Shown here: positions 10,114 to 19,730 of the stretch, piece after piece
Layout: each line of letters begins with the position of its first letter
How positions within the stretch are numbered: the first letter of the stretch is position 1
Source: Phycisphaerae bacterium
GTDB taxonomy: Bacteria > Planctomycetota > Phycisphaerae > UBA1845 > Fen-1342
Direction: 5' to 3'
DNA length: 64,000 bases
Assembly (NCBI GenBank): GCA_963675745.2
Contig: CAXXWX010000026.1
Location: 736,001 to 800,000 of the forward strand
Made by a program: the position numbers and the translations under genes
Notes under the pieces: generated by a model
Databases searched by the model: none
Told to the model about the DNA's origin: nothing
Seen by the model: the letters and a program-made list of their open reading frames with translations, nothing else

Positions 10114-11933
10114 CAGTTGTCCGCATTCTGCGGCGGCACGTGCAGGTAGGCGAGCGTGTCTGCCAGGATTGCCGCCGCCGCTGGTGCCGATACGGCTCCG
10201 CCGTAATACGATTTGCCCTTCGGACGACACACTGAAACCAGGACGGCCACTTGCGGATTGTCAGCCGGTGCCCCGCAGATGAACGACGCCATATACGCGT
10301 TGTCTTCGTAGCCCTCCCGCTCGCCTTCCAGGTTGTCGTCGCTGCTCGTGGTCGCGATTTGCGCCGTCGCCGTCTTGCCGAACACCTGGTAGTCCGGCAG
10401 GATCGCCTTGCGTCCGGTGCCTTCCGGGCTGACCACCGCCGTAAGCGCCGTCATGCGGAACTCGTCGGCCACTTCCGGGCGTAACACACGCCGCCGGACA
10501 ATCGGCTCGGAGTAGTCGGCGAGCACCTCCCCATCCGGCGATACGACTCCGCGCACGATCCGCGGTTGATACAGAATCCCACCGTTGCATATCGCACAAA
10601 AGGCGGTCAGCATCTGCAGCGGCGTGACGGCGATCTCCTGGCCGAACGACACCGACGGCGTCGAGAAGCTCGTCCACAGGGACAGATCCTGCACCAGTCC
10701 ATAGCTCTCTCCGGGCAACTGGATACCGGTCCGATCGCCGAAACCAAAACCCTTGATCCAACCGTGCAGCCGCTCGTTACCCGATCGCAGCCCGATCACG
10801 GTCATGCCGATGTTGCTGGACTTGCTGATGATCCGATGTGCCGGCACGGTCCCCAATGTCACTCCCACATCGTGGATCGTCCGCCGCCCGAAGGAGCGCA
10901 CCGGCCCGTTGACCGCGATCGGTTCATCAATGCTGATCAGCCCCTCGTTGAGCGCTGACGAGAAAATGATCGGCTTGAACATGCTACCGGGCTCGTACGA
11001 TTCCTGGATCGCGCGGTTCTCCAGACGCTCGCGAGCCGCCTTGTACTCGGGGGCCGTCTCGCTGATCCCGAGCGGAATGGGCTGCTGCGGCTCATAGGTC
11101 GGGTAGGTCGCCATCGCCAGCACTTCGCCGGCCTGCGGGTCCATGACCAGAGCCACGCCCCATTCACCCACGAATTCCTCAACCGCCGCGCGCAGATGCT
11201 GTTCAGCGCGTTGCTGAATGTGAACGTCGATCGTCAGAAAGACGCTCGCACCATCGCGCGGCGGCTCATATTCATCCAGCCTTGATCGCAGCGAGCGGCG
11301 GCGCACGTCGACGGTCATCGTCCGCTTGCCATCCGTGCCGCGCAGGACACTGTCAAAACGCTGCTCAATGCCCGCCAATCCCAGGCGTGGCGGGAGGTTC
11401 GGATCCTCCGTGCCGCCGACGAAACCAACGACATGCGCGGCGGTCGATCCATACGGATAATCGCGCCGCGGTTCATAACGCACCACAAACGCGCCCAGCC
11501 GGCGCTCTCCGCGAATCTCCTGAAACGCGGCGAGTTCGTCCTCGGGCACGTCGCGCTTCACCCAGACAAACCCGTGACTCCGGCGCGCCAGAATCGTGTC
11601 GTATAGCTCCGACGCCTCCACGCCGTCGAATATCGGCGCGATGCTGTATGCGGCAAAGCGCGCGTCATCGACATCGGAAGGGTCCATGTAGACGCATGGA
11701 AAACGCGTCGAGCCGGCCAGCACGCGCCCGCGCGTATCCAGTATTTCACCGCGTTGCGCCGGAATCGGCAGCATGGCCGTCTGTTGCCGCGCCGCCTTGG
11801 AGCGCAGCTCATCCCCCTGCGCGTATTCGATGTATGCCAGCCGCCCCGCCCCGCTGAATAGCAGGATGCTGACCAGCCCGACAAGCACGTCGCCACGCCG
11901 TACAAACTTCATGATGGCCCGGAAGCAGCGCAT
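10113..11933 (-). CDS. ftsI: Class B penicillin-binding protein (FtsI/PBP3-like)
   Basis: N-terminal TM, RGEILD, YEPGSMFK (SxxK), SSN (SxN) and KTATAQ (KTG variant); dcw position. Start uncertain (11954, 11933 or 11912). Confidence 0.9.
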   Translation of the reverse strand: MRCFRAIMKFVRRGDVLVGLVSILLFSGAGRLAYIEYAQGDELRSKAARQQTAMLPIPAQRGEILDTRGRVLAGSTRFPCVYMDPSDVDDARFAAYSIAPIFDGVEASELYDTILARRSHGFVWVKRDVPEDELAAFQEIRGERRLGAFVVRYEPRRDYPYGSTAAHVVGFVGGTEDPNLPPRLGLAGIEQRFDSVLRGTDGKRTMTVDVRRRSLRSRLDEYEPPRDGASVFLTIDVHIQQRAEQHLRAAVEEFVGEWGVALVMDPQAGEVLAMATYPTYEPQQPIPLGISETAPEYKAARERLENRAIQESYEPGSMFKPIIFSSALNEGLISIDEPIAVNGPVRSFGRRTIHDVGVTLGTVPAHRIISKSSNIGMTVIGLRSGNERLHGWIKGFGFGDRTGIQLPGESYGLVQDLSLWTSFSTPSVSFGQEIAVTPLQMLTAFCAICNGGILYQPRIVRGVVSPDGEVLADYSEPIVRRRVLRPEVADEFRMTALTAVVSPEGTGRKAILPDYQVFGKTATAQIATTSSDDNLEGEREGYEDNAYMASFICGAPADNPQVAVLVSVCRPKGKSYYGGAVSAPAAAAILADTLAYLHVPPQNADN

Positions 11934-11934
11934 G

Positions 11935-12201
11935 TCAGGGGCCCACCGCATCATTGGAGTCGGCCGCGGATTCCGGCCCGGCCAACCGCAGATCGGCGGC
12001 GCGCCCCCGGATCAGCGCCGGATCGCGCAGCCGGGCCAACTCGAGCTCGCGCTCGCGCAGTTGCTGGCGCAGAACGCGTGCGTCGAACTCCAGTTGCGCG
12101 AACCGGTTGTGCAGCCGCGTGGTCTCCGCCCGTACGATCACAACTGTCAACATCACCGCGAGCGCCACCGCAAGCAAAACTATGGTCCGTGTCAGCGTCA
12201 T
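11935..12201 (-). CDS. ftsL: FtsL-like small bitopic coiled-coil protein
   Basis: 88 aa: one TM, a heptad coiled coil, then L.DP..IR..A..L.L; directly upstream of ftsI. Confidence 0.65.
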   Translation of the reverse strand: MTLTRTIVLLAVALAVMLTVVIVRAETTRLHNRFAQLEFDARVLRQQLRERELELARLRDPALIRGRAADLRLAGPESAADSNDAVGP

Positions 12202-12236
12202 ACTAATCCCAGGCGGGCTTTGCGAGTCGGTTGACT

Positions 12237-13190
12237 CTACCCGGTCACCACGGCGACCAGGGGCGGCAGTTTTATCCTCATCCCGGGCATAAGCCGATTG
12301 GCGTCGCGCAGCTTGTTCAGGCGCTTGATCTCCGGCCAGCGACGCTCGTTGTTCAGGACGCGGCGCGCGATGCTGCTCAGCGAATCAGACTTCTGGATGG
12401 TATACCAGAACGTACCATCTGTCTCGGATGCTTCCACCGCTGCGATGTTCACAGCATGCGCGCCGCTGCCACCTCGACCATCGTTCGACGCCGACCGCGC
12501 CAGCGTGAGCGCCGATTCCAGATCGGGGTGTGCGGGGATAATCAGCTTCTCATCTACCAGTAAACGATGGCGACGACCCTTCAGCTTGGGGTTGGCCGCC
12601 ACCAATACATCCAACGCCTGTGGACTGCTGGTTCCCCAGAACCGCCGCGCCAGCCGCGCCAGCGAGTCGCCGCGACGTACGACGTGTATCGCCGCGGCGG
12701 GAACGGGCGGCTCATCCACCACCGGAGGCTCCTCCACTACTGCGACCACAGTGTCCTGAGTGCCCTCGTCCTCGGCCCAGCCTGCCGGATCGCCGGCGGC
12801 GTCGATCTCGTCTACGTACTCACTCTCCTCCCAGGACGAGTCCGCGTACGCCACCGGCCGGACTACCAGAGGCGGCAGCGTTGACGCAACCGTGTCCTGA
12901 TGACGCACGTTCGCCGGTGCGATGGCCAGCATTGGCTGCGCGCCGCGTTGGGCGGTTTGCGCCCGTTCCACGATGCTGGGCACACTGAACATCGCACGCG
13001 CCTGGCCCGCATCGGTCCGCGCCACGGGCGCGGACAACTCACCACCCAACCAGGCCTCGTCCGACATGCGCGCGACGAGCGGGGACGGCTCGGCCTCGAG
13101 TGGCTGTGGTGCCCAGTCCAGCAGATACGCCATACCGACAGTGAACGCTACGCAAGCCCCCAGCGCGGTACGCACACCTCCGATTGCCAT
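12237..13190 (-). CDS. Membrane-anchored protein with two LysM peptidoglycan-binding domains
   Basis: N-terminal hydrophobic anchor, acidic linker, then HVVRRGDSLARLARRFWG and YTIQKSDSLSSIARRVL..LMPGMRIKLP. Confidence 0.85.
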   Translation of the reverse strand: MAIGGVRTALGACVAFTVGMAYLLDWAPQPLEAEPSPLVARMSDEAWLGGELSAPVARTDAGQARAMFSVPSIVERAQTAQRGAQPMLAIAPANVRHQDTVASTLPPLVVRPVAYADSSWEESEYVDEIDAAGDPAGWAEDEGTQDTVVAVVEEPPVVDEPPVPAAAIHVVRRGDSLARLARRFWGTSSPQALDVLVAANPKLKGRRHRLLVDEKLIIPAHPDLESALTLARSASNDGRGGSGAHAVNIAAVEASETDGTFWYTIQKSDSLSSIARRVLNNERRWPEIKRLNKLRDANRLMPGMRIKLPPLVAVVTG

Positions 13191-13205
13191 CGCCGCCTCC
13201 TTGCG

Positions 13206-14111
13206 TCAACGCACTTCCGCCAGACGTTCCGCTACGCGCAGCTTGGCGCTGCGACTGCGCCGATTTCGCGCGCGTTCCTGCACATCGGCGATCACGGGCC
13301 GCTTGGTGAGCTCCCTGAATGTGCCCGCCGACTTCGCCTCGCGCAGAAAGCGCTTGATGAATCCGTCTTCAATGCTGTGATAGGCCAGCACGCCCAGGCG
13401 TCCACCCGGGCGCATATGCGCCGTAATCTCCGATAGGAAACGCTCCAGGTTGTCAAACTCGCGGTTTACGGCGACGCGGAGCGCCTGAAACGTGCGTGTG
13501 CCCGGGTGATGCTTACCCCCGCCGCCCACAACCGACTCGATCGCGCTGGCCAATACGCGCGTGGTCGTGATGCGCGCGGCACGGCGGACTTCGCAGATGC
13601 GCTTTGCGATCTTGCGACTCATGCCTTCTTGACCGAACTCGTAAAACATGTCCGCCAGCTCTGTTTCACTCAGGCCGTTGACCAGATCGAGCGCCCTGGT
13701 TTTCTGCCTCCGATCGAAGCGCATATCCAGGGGCCCGTCGCGTTCAAAGGAGAATCCGCGTTCCCTGTCCGCCAACTGGGCGGAATTGACGCCCAAATCC
13801 AGCAACGCCAGGTCGATTTGCTGGATGCCCTCGGCTTCGAGAACCGCCGGGAAGTCGGCGTAGTTGGCCGCGACCAGACGCACGGTCGCCCCGCCCGTGT
13901 GTGCCAACCGATGGCGGGTTGTCGCAAGCATCTCTTCATCGATGTCCACGCCGATGTAGACGCCGTCCGGCTCGATGCCGGGCAGGATAGCGCGCGCGTG
14001 CCCACCCAGGCCGACGGTGCCGTCAAGGACGACTTGGCCGGGTTGCGGCGCGAGCAGGCGCACGGTCTCCGCCACGAGTACGGGTTCGTGTTCCGGAGTC
14101 TGCTCGGCCAC
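13206..14111 (-). CDS. rsmH: 16S rRNA m4C1402 methyltransferase RsmH (MraW)
   Basis: HEPVL, DGTVGLGGH, DLGVNS.QL, RGFSF, GPLDMR, FQALRVAVNRE and RSRSAKLR. Confidence 0.97.
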   Translation of the reverse strand: MAEQTPEHEPVLVAETVRLLAPQPGQVVLDGTVGLGGHARAILPGIEPDGVYIGVDIDEEMLATTRHRLAHTGGATVRLVAANYADFPAVLEAEGIQQIDLALLDLGVNSAQLADRERGFSFERDGPLDMRFDRRQKTRALDLVNGLSETELADMFYEFGQEGMSRKIAKRICEVRRAARITTTRVLASAIESVVGGGGKHHPGTRTFQALRVAVNREFDNLERFLSEITAHMRPGGRLGVLAYHSIEDGFIKRFLREAKSAGTFRELTKRPVIADVQERARNRRSRSAKLRVAERLAEVR

Positions 14112-14462
14112 GACGGATTCGGTTCGTGACGGGCGGGCAAACAGCGCGCCGCCCTCGGATTAGTGGTGGACGTGCCAGCCCAGTGCTGGTACAAATACCG
14201 TCACCCCACCGGCCCCACCGATGGGGAGGGTGGCCGCCGCCCGCCATCCTTGGCTGCGGTACGGCCGAGAGCAAAGCGGATGTCCTTACCCGCTATCAGG
14301 AGCGCGGTAAAAAACCTAGCTCAGGAACTCCGAGCCCCTCGGGGCAGAGGCTCGACCGACGCTCCAGACGTTTCGTGGCGGCTACAGCGGGCCCGCTCGA
14401 AAGCCCGCTGTAGCCTGCACCCCTGTTCACACAACCCACCAATATCGTCCGTCGTCCACGCT

Positions 14463-14993
14463 CTATGACTGCTCTGGGGCCACCGCGCTACCAACACCCG
14501 CATCCGCGGGCCGGCCGCCTGAGGCCACTGCCCCAATCGCGCGCAGCTCGTTAATCGCCTCGTCACGGTGGCTCGTATATTCCTGCCAGAACCGGTCCTC
14601 GAATTCCTCGTACTGCTTTCGGTCCCACACTTCGAGATGGTCGTGTACACCGACCAGCATCACCTCGCGCCCCAGCCCGGCGCGTTCGAGCAGCTTGGCC
14701 GGTATGGTCAAACGGCCCTGTTGTTCGTCGGGCGTGAGGTGCATACACTGCGAGTACTCGAACTGGGTCCAGGTGTATGTCGCGTCCGATGTGCGGTCGG
14801 TGGCAAAACTGCACGGCCGGGCTTTCTCGAAGTACTCGTCGGGGAAGAGCATCAGCGTGCCCGGTCGCCGGCCGGGCGTTACATAGAACGCCCCGCTCCC
14901 GCCGGAGTTCTTCATGCGCTCGCGTACTGGATATGGCACCGGGACCCGCGACCGGGAATCGACCATCAGCGGAAAGGACCCGACAAAGAACAT
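14463..14993 (-). CDS. mraZ: Division/cell-wall cluster regulator MraZ
   Basis: MFFVGSF.LMVDSRSRVPVP, DEQQGRLTIP and VGVHDHLEVWD (two SpoVT/AbrB-like repeats); first gene of the dcw cluster. Confidence 0.9.
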   Translation of the reverse strand: MFFVGSFPLMVDSRSRVPVPYPVRERMKNSGGSGAFYVTPGRRPGTLMLFPDEYFEKARPCSFATDRTSDATYTWTQFEYSQCMHLTPDEQQGRLTIPAKLLERAGLGREVMLVGVHDHLEVWDRKQYEEFEDRFWQEYTSHRDEAINELRAIGAVASGGRPADAGVGSAVAPEQS

Positions 14994-15010
14994 CGCCAGA
15001 CACGCTCGTC

Positions 15011-15104
15011 CCCCCTCATCCCCCAGGGGGCCCACTTGAAGTCTGATTTGCCCACAACCACATCACACCGACGTGCAGTATACCCCCATCGCCCCCATTT
15101 GCAA
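15011..15104 (-). promoter_or_regulatory. dcw promoter with MraZ-box-like repeats
   Basis: Minus strand TTGCAA (15104-15099)-16 nt-TATACT (15082-15077), with two TGGGG in the spacer. Downstream GTGGG/TGGGG/GGGGG pentamers at 15055, 15035, 15025 and 15015 are in 10-bp phase, as in known MraZ operators. Confidence 0.7.
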
Positions 15105-15235
15105 ATCAAAATAGGCGCAGATGCTAAAAATCCGGCCGCTTTTCTGGCTGCCGCCCCCATCGAGCTCATTCTGGCGCTGATGTAGCGCTACCACATCTGG
15201 GGCATCGGTCGCCGGTCGCCCGTCGAACGCGACTA

Positions 15236-15766
15236 TCAGTTGTGGTGGTGCTCCGAGCCGTGCTCGTCCCAGGTGCTGCGGACAAGTTGCAGGCCGTGGA
15301 CACAACTTTCGAATTGTTCACTCAGCTTGCGCAGTAATGCCGCTGGCGGTTCTTCGTCAGGCTGGCTGAGCTCGCTGGCTATTTCGTATGAACGTTTGCC
15401 CTCGAGCATGTACCGATCGAGCAGGTCGGCGCCCTGCTGCCGCGGACGAAGCTGCTCCGGGAATACGCCGGCCCAGAACAACGTGAAGTCCCCGATGTAG
15501 CGGTTGACCGAGCGCCGCCGTGCATGTTCGTCAATATCCGGCCCGAGGCACGCCGCGCTGCGCATGCGCGAGAGTTCGCGGATTGCCGCTCCATCCACAC
15601 GCCGCAGGCGATACACATCATCGACATGGATGAACTCGGTAAGCAATTGGCTCAGGTAATCCGTCAGGCGCATGTCACAGATCCCCACATCGGTCAGGAA
15701 CACCTGCTCCACGGCGCCGCGAAAGAGCAATCGCAACGGATGTCTGGGACCAAGCTCACAACGCAT
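15236..15766 (-). CDS. Hypothetical protein
   Basis: ATG with upstream GCGAGG; protein-like helical sequence (DYLSQLL, RYIGDFTLFW.G.FPE, GKRSY.IAS). Confidence 0.75.
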   Translation of the reverse strand: MRCELGPRHPLRLLFRGAVEQVFLTDVGICDMRLTDYLSQLLTEFIHVDDVYRLRRVDGAAIRELSRMRSAACLGPDIDEHARRRSVNRYIGDFTLFWAGVFPEQLRPRQQGADLLDRYMLEGKRSYEIASELSQPDEEPPAALLRKLSEQFESCVHGLQLVRSTWDEHGSEHHHN

Positions 15767-15972
15767 GGCAAGACCTCGCTCTGAACACGCGCTGCCCGGC
15801 TGACGACGGCTCTCCTGATCTTAGAGGCGACCAATGGCTCGTGGTCACAGCGCGGCACGTGCGCCACCACCGGATTTAGACGCGGTGGATCGCTTGTCTT
15901 AGCGTCGGCAGGGCGAAGCGTGGGGTTTGCCAATACGCGCCGGCTGTCGGCGTGCCTGATAATCCGGCGGGT

Positions 15973-17046
15973 TCAGTTGCGCGAGCGGCGCCGCGGCGTC
16001 TGCGGCATCCCCTCCGGGCGTCCGAAAATCATGCGTCCGGCGGATGTCTGCAAGACACTCGTCACCGTGATTGTCACTTCTTCATTGAGATGGTCGCGCG
16101 AGTTTTCGGCGACCACCATCGTGCCGTCTTCCAGATAACCGACACCCTGCCCACTCTCTTCGCCGGGCTTCACGATCCGCACCATCATCGTTTCGCCGGG
16201 CAGGACCACCGGTTTGAGCGCGTTTGCCAGGTCGTTGATGTTGATCACGTCAACGCCGCGGAGCTGCGCGATCTTGTTCAGGTTGTAGTCGTTGGTAACG
16301 ACGCGGCCGTCGGTCTTCTTGGCCAGGGCAAGCAGCTTCTGGTCCACGTCACTGGCCTCTTCGATGCTCGGCAAGCGCGTATCCGAGATCTTGATCTCGA
16401 CCTTGTCGTTGGTCTGGAGCTTGTTGAGCATGTCCAGGCCGCGACGCCCGCGCGTGCGTTTGAGCTTGTCCGAACTATCAGCGATCGTTTGCAGTTCCTG
16501 GAGCACAAAGCGCGGAATCACGAGGGGCGAGTCGATGATCTTCGTGTCACAGATGTCAGCGATCCGTCCATCGATGATCACGGACGTATCGAGGATCAAC
16601 GGCCGGGCCCCGCGCGTCTGCCGCGCAAACTCCACATAGGGAATGACAAAGCGCACGTCGTCTTTCGTCTGCAACACGAAGCTGATCGCGAGATAGCAGC
16701 ACACAATCCCAATCATCACCTTGACGGCTCCGATGAGACGCGGGACTTCCTCGGCGTAGGGGCTGTTGGCGTCGAGACTTGACAGGTCGATGCGGAAGAA
16801 TACCTCGAGCACCAGGTCCAGGATCAGGCCAAAGCCGAAGGCGAAAACCATCCCGGCCACCAGTCCCAGGAACGCCCCGGAGAGCGCTGCCAGCGATTTG
16901 CGCGTGGTGAAGAGGTCCACGGCGACCATCAGGCAGGCCGCGCCGATGGCCGACGTCATCAGCAATGGTGTGCGTTGCCCCGGCGCTGACATCGCCACTG
17001 CCGCCATCAGCAACACAAACAACCCCCGCAGCACCCAAAGCAGCAT
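15973..17046 (-). CDS. Membrane PIN/TRAM domain protein (YacL-like)
   Basis: Four N-terminal TMs, [28 protein letters not shown] and [12 protein letters not shown]. Confidence 0.93.
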   Translation of the reverse strand: MLLWVLRGLFVLLMAAVAMSAPGQRTPLLMTSAIGAACLMVAVDLFTTRKSLAALSGAFLGLVAGMVFAFGFGLILDLVLEVFFRIDLSSLDANSPYAEEVPRLIGAVKVMIGIVCCYLAISFVLQTKDDVRFVIPYVEFARQTRGARPLILDTSVIIDGRIADICDTKIIDSPLVIPRFVLQELQTIADSSDKLKRTRGRRGLDMLNKLQTNDKVEIKISDTRLPSIEEASDVDQKLLALAKKTDGRVVTNDYNLNKIAQLRGVDVININDLANALKPVVLPGETMMVRIVKPGEESGQGVGYLEDGTMVVAENSRDHLNEEVTITVTSVLQTSAGRMIFGRPEGMPQTPRRRSRN

Positions 17047-17369
17047 GATTTACTCCTCACCCGCCGGCAGACTACGCGCCACAGCGCGGCGGCGGGTTGA
17101 CTCCTGTATGTGAGCGTTCGGTCGCATCTTCGCGGAAGACGTTCTCACGGTCTAAGCTCCGAGCGTTTGAAACGTCCACCGGTCAAATGCGTCATGAAAC
17201 ACTCCCCGTTATAATCCGTCGCCCATGGGTATGATCGCATGGCCCCCGAGACCACAAGGGGGCGGGTCGGGATCAAGGCCCGCGGGCATTCTACCGGGCC
17301 GCGAGCGCTGCACAAGGCGGCGAGCACCAGGGAGCCCTTGTCACCGCCACGTAGGAGCGCAAAGACCAC

Positions 17370-18041
17370 GTGTCCACCAGCAGATCAGCGAGGTCCGAGG
17401 AGAAGGCGGCTCAGCGCCGTCGCGTCGCGCGGCGAGCCGTGCGTGCGCTCAGCCGCAGTGACGTCCGCCTGGCCAAGCTGATCAAGCGGGTCGGCCCGTA
17501 CCAGCCGAAACTGACGACCAATGCGTTCGTCGCGCTGATCGGCTCAATCATCCACCAGCAGGTGTCGCTCGCGGCCGGCGCTACGATCTTAGCGCGTCTG
17601 AGAGACCGTTGCGCGGGGCGCCGACTTTCGCCGAAATCCGTGCTCGCGCTTGATACGGACGCCCTGTGCGCGGTCGGGCTCTCACGCCAGAAGCGACGTT
17701 ACGTTCGCGATGTGGCCGAGCACTTCGCCGATGGGCGACTCAGCGGCGCCAAACTGCGTCGCATGTCCGATGAAGACGTGATCACCGCCGCAACACAGGT
17801 TGTGGGCGTCGGGCGCTGGACGGCCGAGATGCTGCTGATCTTCTGCCTCGAGCGCCCCGACGTCTGGCCAGTGGATGATCTCGGCCTGCGCAGCGCGGTG
17901 CGCAACCACCTGGATCTTCACGAGCCACCAGATCGAGGCACGATGCTGCGGACCGGCGAGCACTGGCGACCATACCGCACGTATGCCACATGGTATCTAT
18001 GGCGCAGCCTGGAAAATCCGATAGCACCGGCGATAAGTTGA
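17370..18041 (+). CDS. alkA: DNA-3-methyladenine glycosylase II (AlkA/HhH-GPD family)
   Basis: IIHQQVS, GLSRQK, GVGRWTAEM.LIF.L.RPDVWPVDDLG and WRPYRTYA.WYLW. Confidence 0.9.
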   Translation: MSTSRSARSEEKAAQRRRVARRAVRALSRSDVRLAKLIKRVGPYQPKLTTNAFVALIGSIIHQQVSLAAGATILARLRDRCAGRRLSPKSVLALDTDALCAVGLSRQKRRYVRDVAEHFADGRLSGAKLRRMSDEDVITAATQVVGVGRWTAEMLLIFCLERPDVWPVDDLGLRSAVRNHLDLHEPPDRGTMLRTGEHWRPYRTYATWYLWRSLENPIAPAIS

Positions 18042-18045
18042 AACA

Positions 18046-18143
18046 AAGTAAGAAGTCAGAAGTAAGAAGTCAGAAATACGCCATCGGGCGCCGGACATGC
18101 CACGACAGCGCGTTTCTTACTTCTTACTTCTGACTTCTGACTT
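18046..18143. repeat. Inverted arrays of heptamer AGT(A/C)AGA between convergent genes; hairpin or bidirectional terminator-like
   Basis: AAGTAAGAAGTCAGAAGTAAGAAGTCAGAAA ... TTTCTTACTTCTTACTTCTGACTTCTGACTT. Confidence 0.8.
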
Positions 18144-18150
18144 TGAGCCG

Positions 18151-19635
18151 CTACCACGTCAATCCGCCGCGCTCCGGACGCTTGCGGTCCTTCGCGGGCT
18201 TGATTGGCTCGGCGGGCTCCGGAGCTGTTTCCGACTCCTGCGCCGCCTTGATGGAGAGTGATATGCGCCGCTGCCCCAGGTCGACGTTCAACACGCGGCA
18301 CTCGACCACGTCGCCAACCTTGACAACGTCGCCGGCGGACCGGACGCGTTCGTGGCTCATCTCGGAGATGTGCACCAATCCCTCGATACCTTCTTCAAGC
18401 TGCACGAACGCACCAAACTGCACGATGCGCGTAACGGCGCCTTTGACAACGCTGTCCTGCTGATAGCGTTCGCCGGCGTTGTTCCAGGGATCTTCACCGA
18501 GCGCGCGAAGGCTGAGGCTGACGCGGCGTTTGGCCGCATCCACGCTCAAGACCGACACGCGCACGGCGTCGTTCTCGCTGACGATCTCGCGCGGGTGCCT
18601 TACGTGCTGTGTCCAGCTCAGCTCACTGAGCGGGATCAGCCCCTCCACGCCCGGCTCCAGCTCGACAAACGCGCCGAAGTCCATCAGCCGGGTAACGCGC
18701 CCTTCGACGGTTTGTCCGGCACGGTAGTTGGCTTCGATCAACATCCAAGGATCAGGCGACATCTGCTTGATGCCCAGGGAGATTCGATCACGCCGGCTGT
18801 CGATCTTCAGGATCTGCACGTCGAGTTCCTGGCCGACTTTCAACATCTCCTTGGGATGCTGAATTCGCGAGTAGCTCATATCACTGACGTGCAGCAGACC
18901 CTCGATTCCACCGATATCGACGAACGCGCCGAAATCCACCAGACGGCGCACAGTGCCTTTGCGCACCTGTCCGACCTCGAGCTGGCCCTTGAGCTCCTCG
19001 CGGGCGGTCTCCTGCTCGCGCTCGAGCACGCGGCGACGACTGAGCAGGACATTCTTGCCACGCCGGTTGACCTCGGTAACCTCACACTCGAGCCGGCGAC
19101 CCACGAATCCGCGAAAGTCCTCGTGGCGCACAGTGTCAACCTGGCTGCGCGGCATGAATGCCCGAATGCCGTGGATGGCGAGTTCGAGCCCGCCTATGTT
19201 CGTACCGGTGACGCGCGCCTCGACGACATCGCCGACTTTGATTGAATCCCAGTCGGTATCGAGTTTGGTCTCGCGCAGTGACAGGCGCATCTGACCGGAA
19301 TCACGATCAAAGCCGTGCGGGATGAACTCGAATACCTGCCCCACCTCGGGAGGGTTCTCCGGCTCGAATTCGTCGCTCGAGATAAAGCCCTCGGCTTTGC
19401 CGCCATAGTCGATGAAGACGTCGTTGTCGCGCATGCCGACGATTCGCCCCTGAATCCGATTGCGCTCGCCTTCTGCTGGACTGTGCTCATGGCGACGCTT
19501 CCTGGACCGCGGCTCCATCGCATCGGGCTTCATGCCCTCCAGGGCCTTGTCCATTTCCTGCTTGAGGGATTCGTCGTCGAATTGCTGTGGGTCAATTGAC
19601 ACGCCGGCACCATTCCCGCCGCGGCCACGCCGCAT
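18151..19635 (-). CDS. Ribosomal protein S1-like protein with five S1 domains (may be a paralog rather than the main rpsA)
   Basis: Repeated DFGAFV..G.EGL.H.S(D/E)(M/L)S...RISL(G/S)IK units; five domains counted. Confidence 0.9.
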   Translation of the reverse strand: MRRGRGGNGAGVSIDPQQFDDESLKQEMDKALEGMKPDAMEPRSRKRRHEHSPAEGERNRIQGRIVGMRDNDVFIDYGGKAEGFISSDEFEPENPPEVGQVFEFIPHGFDRDSGQMRLSLRETKLDTDWDSIKVGDVVEARVTGTNIGGLELAIHGIRAFMPRSQVDTVRHEDFRGFVGRRLECEVTEVNRRGKNVLLSRRRVLEREQETAREELKGQLEVGQVRKGTVRRLVDFGAFVDIGGIEGLLHVSDMSYSRIQHPKEMLKVGQELDVQILKIDSRRDRISLGIKQMSPDPWMLIEANYRAGQTVEGRVTRLMDFGAFVELEPGVEGLIPLSELSWTQHVRHPREIVSENDAVRVSVLSVDAAKRRVSLSLRALGEDPWNNAGERYQQDSVVKGAVTRIVQFGAFVQLEEGIEGLVHISEMSHERVRSAGDVVKVGDVVECRVLNVDLGQRRISLSIKAAQESETAPEPAEPIKPAKDRKRPERGGLTW

Positions 19636-19730
19636 GCGGCCTGATCGTTGTGACCGTTCTCATGTTATCCGGACCTATCGCCGCGTGGTCACATTGACGC
19701 GGTACGTCCAGCGATCGTCGGAGGAGCTGA

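Noticed and set aside
15973..17046. PIN domain as a toxin-antitoxin toxin
   Set aside because: It is the membrane PIN/TRAM (YacL-like) architecture, with no adjacent antitoxin gene.
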